NCBI GenBank assembly: GCA_964481395.1
Contig: CAYZYG010000013.1
Coordinates: 1,452-65,451, forward strand
Direction: 5' to 3'
Origin: an uncultured Vicinamibacterales bacterium
Lineage (GTDB): Bacteria > Acidobacteriota > Vicinamibacteria > Vicinamibacterales > JAKQTR01
Length of the DNA: 64,000 bases
How positions within the stretch are numbered: the stretch's first letter is position 1; every line of letters starts with the position of its first letter. Position numbers and translations under genes: made by a program. Under the pieces are notes generated by a model. That model searched no databases and had not been told where the DNA came from. It worked only from the letters and a program-made list of their open reading frames with translations. Below, in pieces: positions 45,953 through 54,802 of the stretch.

Positions 45953-46779
45953 GGCAGGCGCGGGAACTTCGCGAAGTTCGGCTTCCGCTTCTCAAGGTAG
46001 GCTTTCTTACCTTCCTGCGCCTCCTCGCTCATGTAATACAGGAGCGTCGCGTTGCCCGCGAGATCGAGCAGGCCCATCTGGCCGTCGCAGTCCGCATTGA
46101 GGGCCGCTTTCAGGCAGCGCAGGGCCAGCGGCGAGTGCGCCAGCATCTCACGCGCCCACTGCAGCGTGACGGCTTCGAGCTCCGCCAGCGGTACGACGGC
46201 GTTCACCATGCCCATGTCGAGCGCCTGCTGCGCCGTGTATTGGCGGCACAGGAACCAGATCTCGCGCGCCTTCTTCTGTCCGACGCTGCGCGCGAGATAG
46301 CTCGATCCGAGCCCGCCGTCGAACGATCCGACCTTCGGACCGGTCTGCCCGAAGATGGCATTGTCCGCGGCAATCGTCAGATCGCAGACGACCTGCAGCA
46401 CGTTGCCGCCGCCAATCGCGTACCCCGCCACCATCGCGATGACCGGCTTCGGCAGCCCGCGAATGAGCTTCTGCAAGTCCAGCACGTTCAGCCGCGGCAC
46501 GCCGCCGTCGTCCACGTACCCCTGATCGCCCCTGACCCGCTGGTCGCCGCCCGAGCAGAAGGCCTTCTCCCCCGACCCCGTCAGGATGACCACGCCCACC
46601 GACGGGTCCTCCCGGCAGAACTGGAACGCCTCGATGAGCTCCCGAACCGTCTGGGGCGTGAAGGCGTTGCGGCGGTGCGGGCGGTTGATCGTGATTTTGG
46701 CAATCCCGTCGTCGGTCTTCTCGAGAAGGATTTCCCTGAACGTCTGCACGGTCTTCCAAGCGGTACTGTTGCCGTTCAT
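45949..46779 (-). CDS. menB: 1,4-dihydroxy-2-naphthoyl-CoA synthase
   Basis: Crotonase fold: [41 protein letters not shown] overlap with the menH stop. Confidence 0.95.
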   Translation of the reverse strand: MNGNSTAWKTVQTFREILLEKTDDGIAKITINRPHRRNAFTPQTVRELIEAFQFCREDPSVGVVILTGSGEKAFCSGGDQRVRGDQGYVDDGGVPRLNVLDLQKLIRGLPKPVIAMVAGYAIGGGNVLQVVCDLTIAADNAIFGQTGPKVGSFDGGLGSSYLARSVGQKKAREIWFLCRQYTAQQALDMGMVNAVVPLAELEAVTLQWAREMLAHSPLALRCLKAALNADCDGQMGLLDLAGNATLLYYMSEEAQEGKKAYLEKRKPNFAKFPRLP

Positions 46780-47549
46780 GCACGACTCCTGCTGAGAAGG
46801 CGCTCGGCCCACGTCGCGAACACCTCGATGAACGTTTCCGGTTCGTCCCACGGCACCCGATGCCCGGCGCCCGGGACAATCGCGACACTCGGGTTGCCGG
46901 CCTCCCCACCCAGCCGCCGGGCGATCTCCGCGTACTTACCGTCGCGCGCGCCTGCGGCGAACAGCAGCGGTCCCGGCCAGTCCCGGATGCGGCCGCGCCA
47001 ATCCGGCTGGCCGGCGAGCGAGAACAGCCGCATCGCCTTCGCCAGAATCGCGCGTTCGGCGGGCAGGCCCGACCGCTGCGGCAGCGGCTCGCTCGAGGCC
47101 AGCGCCGGCTGCCGGTCCCACGCGTCGGTGATCGCCTGCGGCTCCCAGTCGAGCAGCCGCTGCGCCCACGCCTCGTCTGCCACGCGGCGCGCCGCCCGCC
47201 CGTCATCGTCGTCCGCCGCCAGACCAGGGTTGCACGACACCAAGCACGTGCCACGCACGAGCGCCGCAGCCCTCGGCGCCGACAGCATCAGCCTGGCGCC
47301 GAACGAGTACGCCAGGACGATCGTCGGCAGCACGGGCTCCGCAGCCGCTGCCTGGGCAACCGAGACCTTCAGCGCGAGTCCGAGAGACGCCCAGTCGCGG
47401 ACCTCGCGCCGTCCGACCAGGGCCCAGAGATTCAGCGGTGACCACCAGATGCCGGGCATCCGCATCCTGAGCGGGATCCAGTCGTCCGGGTCGCCGAGGA
47501 ACCCGTGCAGGGCGACGATGCGGTAGCGCTCGGCCTTCGACGCGTCCAT
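46776..47549 (-). CDS. menH: 2-succinyl-6-hydroxy-2,4-cyclohexadiene-1-carboxylate synthase (alpha/beta hydrolase)
   Basis: [12 protein letters not shown], nucleophile elbow AYSFGARL, and a C-terminal [12 protein letters not shown] His motif. Position in the men operon supports the call. Confidence 0.8.
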   Translation of the reverse strand: MDASKAERYRIVALHGFLGDPDDWIPLRMRMPGIWWSPLNLWALVGRREVRDWASLGLALKVSVAQAAAAEPVLPTIVLAYSFGARLMLSAPRAAALVRGTCLVSCNPGLAADDDDGRAARRVADEAWAQRLLDWEPQAITDAWDRQPALASSEPLPQRSGLPAERAILAKAMRLFSLAGQPDWRGRIRDWPGPLLFAAGARDGKYAEIARRLGGEAGNPSVAIVPGAGHRVPWDEPETFIEVFATWAERLLSRSRA

Positions 47550-47560
47550 GTCCGGGATCG

Positions 47561-49168
47561 CTACGATCCTAACGCACGCCAGGCAGCCCAGAACGCCGTC
47601 GTCTGCCCTTCATCCGGCCTCAACTCGATGATCCCGACCCGGTCGCCGGCCTCGAACGCGAGATCGGTCGTCCACGGCAGCGACCACAGCGCGGCCCAGC
47701 CTTCGAAGCTCGTCCGGTGCAGGTTCTGGAAGGTCGGGTTGGCGAACAGCCGGCCGAAAATCCGCCCGCCTCCATTGTTGACGACGACGATCCGCGCGGC
47801 GATTCCGGTCAGGTGACGCAGCGCCCACGGAGCCGACAGGTCGTACAGCGCCGTCAGGTCGCCGACGATCGCCCAGTTCTCCCGGTCCGGGTCTGCCGCC
47901 CCGAGGAATGTGGAAAGCTGGCCATCGATGCCATTCGCCCCGCGGTTCTCGCGAATGCCGAATCCGCGGTTCTCGAACGCCGCAAACTGGTTCCACTCGC
48001 GGATGGGCAGGCTGTTGCCCAGATAGACCGACGCCCCCCTGGGGATCGCGCGCGACAGGCGGGCGAAGAGCGCGGGCTCGCTCGCCGGGTACCGCGCGAG
48101 CAACGCGCGCATGGCTCCGGCACGCTCCAGGTCTTCGGCGACGATGCCGGCGCGGTCTTCGTCGGTCCAGGCCGGCCGAGGGCTCTCCGGAAGCGGCAGC
48201 GGCACCCCTCGTCTCGCTTGAATCAGATCTCCCCGGGTGAGGCCTGGCCAGGGACGCCTCGAGACGGACACCACGGGGAGAGCCGACCGATCCTCGAGAT
48301 CGCGCCACAGACGGAACGACGGCACATCGCCAACGCGGAGGACCGAATCCACCAGGCCCTGTCGTACGAGCGCCAGGGCCGAGGCCTCACGTCCCTCGAG
48401 CGCCATCCTGTCCAGCGAACCCCACAGGTGCGAGCTGGCCTCAGCCAGCACCGGCGCACCCAGCGCGCGGCAGAAGGCGCCAGCGCCGTTCTGATCGATG
48501 GGATCCTGCAGCGCGCCCAGGATGACGAGCGGTCGCCGGTGGGCCTCCAGGAACGCCCGCACGCGCTCCCGGCCGGCGGTGCTCCTGTCGTCCGGCGTTT
48601 CCGGGCGTCGCACCGGGCTGTCCCGGAGCGGGAACGGGGCTCCCCGCCAGTTGTCGAGCAGAGGCTCTTCGAAACACACGTTCAGGTGGGCCGGACCGTC
48701 GAGTCCGTCCAGCGACCAGCCGGTGCCAGCTCGGACGAGGTCGAAGGCCATCGTGACGTGGGGGCCGTACAGTCCCCGCTGGTCGATCGCCTGCGGAGCG
48801 CCGGTGCCTCGGTACCGGACGGGGCGGTCGGCGGTCACGGCCACGAGCGGCTGGCCTTCGTAGTACGCCTCGATCACCGCGGGCAGGAGCCCAGCGGCGG
48901 CCGTTCCGGATGTGGTGACCACCGCGACGGGACGCCGGTCGCGGGTGGCGCGGCCCAGCGCGAAGTAGGCGGCGCTGCGTTCGTCGAAGAAGTGCAGGAC
49001 GTCCGCGAACTCCTGGCCGAGGTGATCGAGCGTCTCCACGAGCGGCGCGTTGCGCCCGCCCGGGCAGACGACGAACGTCCTGACGCCGGCCTGCCAGAGG
49101 CGTTCGATGACCTCTCTGGCGAGGGCCTCGTTCGGGCCGGGCGCCAGTCGATCACCGGGGTCTGTCAC
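47561..49168 (-). CDS. menD: 2-succinyl-5-enolpyruvyl-6-hydroxy-3-cyclohexene-1-carboxylate synthase
   Basis: ThDP enzyme with VCPGGRNAPL, TSGTAAAGLLPAVIEA and GDLTALYDL motifs. GTG 49168 gives a GTGA overlap with the menF stop; ATG 49219 is an alternative. Confidence 0.9.
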   Translation of the reverse strand: MTDPGDRLAPGPNEALAREVIERLWQAGVRTFVVCPGGRNAPLVETLDHLGQEFADVLHFFDERSAAYFALGRATRDRRPVAVVTTSGTAAAGLLPAVIEAYYEGQPLVAVTADRPVRYRGTGAPQAIDQRGLYGPHVTMAFDLVRAGTGWSLDGLDGPAHLNVCFEEPLLDNWRGAPFPLRDSPVRRPETPDDRSTAGRERVRAFLEAHRRPLVILGALQDPIDQNGAGAFCRALGAPVLAEASSHLWGSLDRMALEGREASALALVRQGLVDSVLRVGDVPSFRLWRDLEDRSALPVVSVSRRPWPGLTRGDLIQARRGVPLPLPESPRPAWTDEDRAGIVAEDLERAGAMRALLARYPASEPALFARLSRAIPRGASVYLGNSLPIREWNQFAAFENRGFGIRENRGANGIDGQLSTFLGAADPDRENWAIVGDLTALYDLSAPWALRHLTGIAARIVVVNNGGGRIFGRLFANPTFQNLHRTSFEGWAALWSLPWTTDLAFEAGDRVGIIELRPDEGQTTAFWAAWRALGS

Positions 49169-50229
49169 AGGCCCCACAGCGCCCTCACCGTCTGGATCTT
49201 GTCGAGCACTTCCTGCCACTCCTCTTCGTACCGGCTCTGCGCCACCACGCCGCAGCCAGCCCAGATGCTCAGCGCACCGCCGTGGTACTGCACGCTGCGA
49301 ATCGCGACGAGACAGCGGCTCGGATCGCCGGGCACGCTGATGCCGAACGGGGCGCCGAACCGGTACCGTTCGCCAGCGGGATCGATACTGGCGAGCCAGG
49401 CACGCCCCGCATCACTGCGAGGATACACGCCCAGCGCGGGGGTCGGGTGCAGCGCCCGGGCCACGGATTCGAAGTCGAGATCGGCGTTCGCGTCGAGGCT
49501 GATTTCCGTCACCAGATGTTCCAGCGCACCGAACGGGCGCACGACCGTCCCCGACACCGAGGAGTCGCCCCAGGCCGCCAGCCGGTTGAGCAGATCGTAG
49601 ACCACGAACTCGTGCTCATCGCGGTCCTTGGCGCTCGACTGGAGAGCGTGCGGTCCGATGGCGGACCAGCGCGTGCCGGCCACGGCCATTGTGGTCAGGC
49701 GGCGGGGGCCGTGAATGTCGAAGAGGACTTCCGGTGTGGCTCCGATCATGAACTCGGCCAGCGTTCCGGTCGCAGGGTCGCGTCGGCAGAGACCGTAGGC
49801 CATCAGGGTGGCCGGAAGGAGGGGCACGCGCCGGAGGAGGTGGCTCAGGAGCGGCTCGGCCTCGGCCGGGTCGATGGGCACGTGGATGCGGGAGGCCGGC
49901 ACGCCTTTCAGCAGAATGCCTTGGTGGATCAGATCCCGCAACCCGGTGAAGGCCCGGCGGAACCGGTCTTCCTCGGGCGGTCCCCACGGGAGGGCCGGTG
50001 ACGCGGACCCCGGGGGCGCAACCAGCCGGGTCCAGTCCCGACGCCCGAGGTGGTGCGGCCTGGCGTCGTTCCCGACCAGCCAGGCATCGCCTGGCAAGGC
50101 GGCGAACATGGGAGCGTAGAGTCCCGGGCGGCCTGGTGTCGGGAACTCCGCAGGCTCCAGCGGGCCTTCCAGCCGGATGTACGCGTCGGGACCGGTCTGT
50201 ACGAATGCGAAGGACGGCGTGGTTGGCAC
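49165..50229 (-). CDS. menF: isochorismate synthase (short form)
   Basis: Chorismate-binding motifs LHPTPALGVYPR, GAPFGI, AIRSVQY and GCGVVAQSRYEEEWQE. GTG start. Confidence 0.85.
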   Translation of the reverse strand: MPTTPSFAFVQTGPDAYIRLEGPLEPAEFPTPGRPGLYAPMFAALPGDAWLVGNDARPHHLGRRDWTRLVAPPGSASPALPWGPPEEDRFRRAFTGLRDLIHQGILLKGVPASRIHVPIDPAEAEPLLSHLLRRVPLLPATLMAYGLCRRDPATGTLAEFMIGATPEVLFDIHGPRRLTTMAVAGTRWSAIGPHALQSSAKDRDEHEFVVYDLLNRLAAWGDSSVSGTVVRPFGALEHLVTEISLDANADLDFESVARALHPTPALGVYPRSDAGRAWLASIDPAGERYRFGAPFGISVPGDPSRCLVAIRSVQYHGGALSIWAGCGVVAQSRYEEEWQEVLDKIQTVRALWGL

Positions 50230-50249
50230 GGCGTAATCAGGACATTGTA

Positions 50250-50291
50250 CGGGATCCGGACCCGAACCCCGGGGGCCGGGAGCCGAGTTCG
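50250..50291. repeat. degenerate heptamer array x6
   Basis: cgggatc cggaccc gaacccc gggggcc gggagcc gagttcg; 7-nt phasing is visible but the units are degenerate. Confidence 0.5.
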
Positions 50292-50460
50292 GGCGCGTGG
50301 ACGTTCGGTGGCGCTGGGGTAGAATAGGGAGGCCGGATCTGATCCCGGCATCTCGCCTCGCTCGCCCCCTCCGTTCCTGAGAGACGAGACGGCTTGTCGG
50401 CCCGACATGCTGGCTACCAGGTGAACGGATGTTTCATCCTATCCCCGTATGGAGACCGCC

Positions 50461-51378
50461 ATGCGCGTCAAGGACTTTCTGACGATCCGCGACTTCACGA
50501 CCGACGAGTTGCAGCACTTCCTGGACCTGGCCCGGGACATCAAGGCGAAGCCGGCCGACTTCGCCGCTTCGCTGAAGGGCAGGACGCTGGCCCTCATCTT
50601 CGAAAAGCCGTCCCTGCGCACCCGGGTGACGTTCGACGTGGGAATCCAACAGCTGGGCGGATTCTCGATTTATCTGTCACCGGCGGAGATCAACCTGGGC
50701 AAGCGCGAGTCGCTCTACGACGTGGCGAAGAACCTGGAGCGGATGGTGCAGGGCATCATGATCCGCACCTTCGGCCACGACATCGTCGAGAAGATGGCCG
50801 AGTACGCCCGCATCCCCATCATCAACGGCCTGACGGACTTCAGCCATCCGTGCCAGGCGATGGCCGACTACCTCACCATCCTCGAGCACAAGGGTACGCT
50901 CGCCGGTCTCAAGGTGGCGTACGTCGGAGACGGCAACAACGTGGCGAATTCGCTGATGTTCGCCGCAGCGCGCTTCGGGGTGCACATCGCCATCGGTACG
51001 CCGAAGGGCTACGAGCCGAAGGCCGAGGTGATTGCCTGGACGAAGGAACACGGCGAGGCCACGGGGTCGACCTGCCTGATCACCAACGACGCAGCCGAGG
51101 CGGTGGGTGGCGCGGACGTGGTCTACACGGACGTGTGGGCCAGCATGGGGCAGGAGGCCGAAGCGCACGCACGCAAGGCGGTGTTCCGACCGTACCAGGT
51201 GAACAGCTCACTGTTCAGGCTGGCGAAGGCGGACGCCCTGTTCATGCACTGCCTGCCCGCGCACCGCGGCGACGAGGTGACGGACGACGTGATCGATTCG
51301 CCGAACTCGGTGGTGTTCCCGCAAGCCGAGAACCGGCTGCACGCGCAGAAGGCCATCATGCTCGAACTCATGCAGTAG
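50461..51378 (+). CDS. argF: ornithine carbamoyltransferase
   Basis: FEKPSLRTRVTF, FSHPCQAMADY and HCLPAHRGDEV motifs. GGAGA lies 5 nt before ATG 50461; the track ORF starts at ATG 50449. Confidence 0.92.
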   Translation: MRVKDFLTIRDFTTDELQHFLDLARDIKAKPADFAASLKGRTLALIFEKPSLRTRVTFDVGIQQLGGFSIYLSPAEINLGKRESLYDVAKNLERMVQGIMIRTFGHDIVEKMAEYARIPIINGLTDFSHPCQAMADYLTILEHKGTLAGLKVAYVGDGNNVANSLMFAAARFGVHIAIGTPKGYEPKAEVIAWTKEHGEATGSTCLITNDAAEAVGGADVVYTDVWASMGQEAEAHARKAVFRPYQVNSSLFRLAKADALFMHCLPAHRGDEVTDDVIDSPNSVVFPQAENRLHAQKAIMLELMQ

Positions 51379-51385
51379 GTGGCAC

Positions 51386-52327
51386 GTGGGCCGCACTGCA
51401 CTGGTCGCCGTCGGCGGCAACTCGCTGATCCGCGCGGGTGAGAAGGGGACGATTGCCGAGCAGCGCGCGAACACCGCGCGCACGGCCGAGTCGATCGTCC
51501 AGATCATCCGGCTGGGGTACCGCGTCGTGATCACACACGGCAACGGCCCTCAAGTGGGGGCCGCGCTGCTGCGGTCCGAGCGGGCGGCCGATCAGGTGTA
51601 CACGCAGCCGCTGGACGTGTGCGTCGCCTCGACGCAGGGCGAGATCGGGTACCTCCTGCAGCAGTCGCTGCGGCAGGAGCTGGCGCTGGCCGGGCTGAAC
51701 ACGCCGGTGGTAACGGCGCTCACGCAGGTGGTGGTCTCACCGGACGATCCCGCCATGCTGAAGCCGTCCAAACCGATCGGGCCGTTCTATTCGGCCCGCG
51801 AGGCTGCCGCGAAGCGCGACGAGCTCCGGTGGAACATCGTCGAGGACGCGGCGCGCGGATACCGGCGGGTGGTGCCGTCGCCCGAGCCGCTCGAAATCGT
51901 CGAGGAGCAGGTGATTCGGCAGCTCCTGGGCATCGGCGCCATCGTCATTGCCGTGGGCGGCGGCGGCGTGCCCGTCGTCCGGACGCACCGGGGCCTGCAG
52001 GGCGTTGACGCGGTCATCGACAAGGACCGTGCCTCGGCGTTGCTCGCCTCCCGGCTCGGCGCGGACGTGTTCATCATCTCGACGGACGCAGACCGGGTGT
52101 ATCTGGATTTCAAGAAGCCCGGGCAGCGGCCGATCGCGAGGGCCACGGTCGCCGACATGGAGCGGCACTACGACGCCGGACAGTTTCCGCCTGGCAACAT
52201 GGGGCCGAAGATCGAATCCGCTCTGCGGTTCCTCCGGGCCGGCGGGCGCGAGGTCATCATCACGTCGTACGAGCGGCTGCTCGACGCCGTGCGGGGCGAG
52301 GCGGGGACGCACATTGTGAGGGGCTGA
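51386..52327 (+). CDS. arcC: carbamate kinase
   Basis: ALVAVGGNSL and VITHGNGPQVG motifs, AVGGGGVPV and AVIDKDRASALLA. GTG start. Confidence 0.9.
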   Translation: MGRTALVAVGGNSLIRAGEKGTIAEQRANTARTAESIVQIIRLGYRVVITHGNGPQVGAALLRSERAADQVYTQPLDVCVASTQGEIGYLLQQSLRQELALAGLNTPVVTALTQVVVSPDDPAMLKPSKPIGPFYSAREAAAKRDELRWNIVEDAARGYRRVVPSPEPLEIVEEQVIRQLLGIGAIVIAVGGGGVPVVRTHRGLQGVDAVIDKDRASALLASRLGADVFIISTDADRVYLDFKKPGQRPIARATVADMERHYDAGQFPPGNMGPKIESALRFLRAGGREVIITSYERLLDAVRGEAGTHIVRG

Positions 52328-52369
52328 CGGACGAGGGATCAGAAGACAGGAGACTTCGATGCCCTTCCC

Positions 52370-52390
52370 TGTCGCCCGTCGCCTGGCGCC
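52370..52390. repeat. heptamer array (NGTCGCC)x3 (reverse complement of the GGCGACN type)
   Basis: tgtcgcc cgtcgcc tggcgcc, embedded between 9-bp inverted repeats at 52334-52342 and 52390-52398. Confidence 0.8.
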
Positions 52391-52410
52391 TGATCCCTGA
52401 CAGGTTGTGT

Positions 52411-53325
52411 ATGAAGTTGACCCACGTCATCGAGTCGCAGCAGTTCACCGTGCCGCTCCTGATGGAGCTGTTCGACCGCACGCGGCAGATGGAGCGTATC
52501 GTCGCGCGGGGGGGAACCCGGGACTACGCCGGACGGGTCATGGCGTCGCTCTTCTACGAGCCGTCCACGCGCACGCGCTTCTCGTTCGAGGCGGCGATGT
52601 ACCGTCTCGGAGGGAGGGTCCTGTCGACCGAGCACGCGCGCGTCTTCTCCTCTGAGGTGGCCGAGGAGCGGCTGGAGGACACCATCCGCATCATGGCGGG
52701 GTACTCGGACGTCATCGTGCTGCGGCACCACGAGCCCGACGGCGCGGCACGCGCGGCCCGCGTCTCGCCAGTCCCCGTCGTCAACGCCGGCGACGGCGGC
52801 GGCGGCCAGCATCCCACGCAGGCGCTGCTGGATCTCTACACGATCTTCCGGGAACGTCGCACGATGGACGGCCTGACCATCGCGATCGTGGGCGAGTTGG
52901 ACCAGGGCCGCACGGCTCGCTCGCTCGCCTATCTGTTGAGCAAGTTCGAGCGCGTGAAGATCCACTTCGTCAGCCCGCCGGAGATTCAGATGCAGCAGGA
53001 CATCCTGGATCATCTCGACGAGCGCGATATCTGGTACGACCTCGTCTCGGACGTCGAGTCGGTCGCGGGCGACGTGGACGTCATCTACCAGACGCGCATC
53101 CGTCCGGACCGGGTGGCCGACCGGGCGTCGCTCGCCCGCTACACCATCGATGCTCGCTTGCTGCGGCGGATGAAACCGGACGCCATGATCCTGCACCCGC
53201 TGCCGCGCACGGTCGAGATCGACAAGGCCGTGGACGATGATCCGCGGGCACTGTACTTCCGGCAGGCGCAGAACGGTCTGTTCATCCGGATGGCCCTGCT
53301 GACGCTCCTGTGGGATCGCGACTGA
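52411..53325 (+). CDS. aspartate/ornithine carbamoyltransferase-family protein, ATCase-like but with altered second-substrate motifs
   Basis: EPSTRTRFSFE, HPTQALLD and HPLPR motifs place it in the ATCase branch. However, the canonical R-x-Q-K-E-R segment reads TRIRPDRV, and the SS-x-KGE segment reads SSEVAEERLEDT. Confidence 0.75.
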   Translation: MKLTHVIESQQFTVPLLMELFDRTRQMERIVARGGTRDYAGRVMASLFYEPSTRTRFSFEAAMYRLGGRVLSTEHARVFSSEVAEERLEDTIRIMAGYSDVIVLRHHEPDGAARAARVSPVPVVNAGDGGGGQHPTQALLDLYTIFRERRTMDGLTIAIVGELDQGRTARSLAYLLSKFERVKIHFVSPPEIQMQQDILDHLDERDIWYDLVSDVESVAGDVDVIYQTRIRPDRVADRASLARYTIDARLLRRMKPDAMILHPLPRTVEIDKAVDDDPRALYFRQAQNGLFIRMALLTLLWDRD

Positions 53326-53470
53326 CAAGGCGTCTCCATGCTCGGACCCCGCAACCAGAAACCCGAAGACTTGTAGCGGCGCCGCTCAGACTCCCTGGTT
53401 CCGGCGGCGAGAATGCCAAAGGAACCGAACTGTCATGAGTCGGGCCGGAACCGCGGGTCCGGGCTGTGCC

Positions 53471-53498
53471 CGGATCGCGGATCCCGGATCCCGGATCC
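53471..53498. repeat. heptamer array (CGGATCC)x4
   Basis: cggatcg cggatcc cggatcc cggatcc. Confidence 0.9.
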
Positions 53499-53516
53499 CG
53501 TTCCAGAAGGTGTCCC

Positions 53517-54722
53517 ATGTCATCGTCCCTTCCAGCCAGCCGGAAGTTCATCGAACTCGAAGAGCAGTACGGCGCCCACAACTACCATCCCCTCGACGTC
53601 GTGATCGAGCGGGGCGAGGGCGTGTGGGTGTACGACGTCGACGGCAAGAAATACCTCGACTGCCTCGCCGCCTATTCGGCCGTCAACCAGGGGCATTGCC
53701 ATCCGCGCATCATGCAGGCGGTCGTCGAGCAGGTGAAGCGCGTGACGCTCACGTCCCGCGCGTTCCGTAACGATCAGCTCCCGCTGCTCTACAAGCTGCT
53801 CCACGACATGACCGGTTACGACATGTCGCTGCCCATGAACTCGGGCGCGGAAGCCGTCGAAACCGCCGTGAAGGCGGCGCGCAAGTGGGGGTACACCGTC
53901 AAGGGCATCCCCGCCGACAAGGCCGAGATCATCGCCTGCGCCGGGAACTTCCACGGCCGCACCGTGACGATTGTCAGCTTCTCGACCGAGGACCAGTACC
54001 GCGACGGGTTCGGCCCGCTGACGCCCGGTTTCGTCGTCGTACCCTACGGCGATGCCGCGGCCCTCGAGGCGGCGATCACCCCCAACACCGCCGCGTTCAT
54101 GGTCGAACCCATCCAGGGCGAGGCGGGCATTGTCCTGCCGCCAGACGGCTACCTGCAGAGAGCCGAAGCGCTTTGTCGGGCGAACAACGTCCTCTTCATC
54201 TGCGACGAAATCCAGTCCGGGCTCGGGCGCACGGGAAAGCTGTTCGCGCATCAGTGGGAGGGGGTCTCACCGGACATGATCATCGTGGCCAAGGCCCTGT
54301 CCGGCGGCTACTACCCGATCTCCGCCGTGCTGGCAAGCAAGGACGTGCTGGGCGTGTTCCAGCCTGGCGACCACGGCAGCACTTTCGGCGGCAATCCCCT
54401 GGCGTGCGCGGTCGCGCGGGCGGCCCTCCAGGTGATCATCGACGAGAAGCTGGTCGAGCGGTCGGCCGAGCTCGGGGCGTACTTCCTCGGCAGGCTCCGC
54501 ACGCTCCAGAGCCCCGCGATCAGGGAAATCCGCGGGCGCGGGCTGTGGATCGGCGTGGAGATGCACGGCCCAGCCAGGCCCTACTGCGAACGCCTGATGC
54601 AGGAGGGGCTGCTGTGCAAGGAAACGCACGAGCACGTGATCCGTCTCGCGCCGCCGCTGGTCATCACGCGCGACGACATCGACTGGGCCTTCGACCGCCT
54701 GAAGAACGTCCTGGAAGGCTGA
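53517..54722 (+). CDS. rocD: ornithine--oxo-acid aminotransferase
   Basis: [60 protein letters not shown] and VAKALSGG (PLP Lys). The upstream part of the track ORF (53466) is a translated heptamer array. Confidence 0.9.
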   Translation: MSSSLPASRKFIELEEQYGAHNYHPLDVVIERGEGVWVYDVDGKKYLDCLAAYSAVNQGHCHPRIMQAVVEQVKRVTLTSRAFRNDQLPLLYKLLHDMTGYDMSLPMNSGAEAVETAVKAARKWGYTVKGIPADKAEIIACAGNFHGRTVTIVSFSTEDQYRDGFGPLTPGFVVVPYGDAAALEAAITPNTAAFMVEPIQGEAGIVLPPDGYLQRAEALCRANNVLFICDEIQSGLGRTGKLFAHQWEGVSPDMIIVAKALSGGYYPISAVLASKDVLGVFQPGDHGSTFGGNPLACAVARAALQVIIDEKLVERSAELGAYFLGRLRTLQSPAIREIRGRGLWIGVEMHGPARPYCERLMQEGLLCKETHEHVIRLAPPLVITRDDIDWAFDRLKNVLEG

Positions 54723-54733
54723 ACGACTGGAGT

Positions 54734-54761
54734 GCCGCGCCGCCGAGGCGCGGCGCCTTTT
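54734..54761 (+). terminator. putative rho-independent terminator/attenuator after rocD
   Basis: Perfect 8-bp GC stem gccgcgcc / ggcgcggc with a 5-nt loop (gccga), followed by gccTTTTccc. Confidence 0.5.
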
Positions 54762-54796
54762 CCCGGCGCCCGGCTCCCGGGCCCCGGATCCCGAGG
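54762..54796. repeat. heptamer array (CCCGGNN)x5
   Basis: cccggcg cccggct cccgggc cccggat cccgagg; ends 7 nt before the ATG at 54803. Confidence 0.85.
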
Positions 54797-54802
54797 TCTG
54801 AC

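Noticed and set aside
50298-50325. Sigma70-like promoter TGGACG-N16-TAGAAT upstream of argF.
   Set aside because: The geometry is plausible, but the -35 hexamer is weak and I cannot tell it apart from chance without transcription-start data. It is not listed as a feature.
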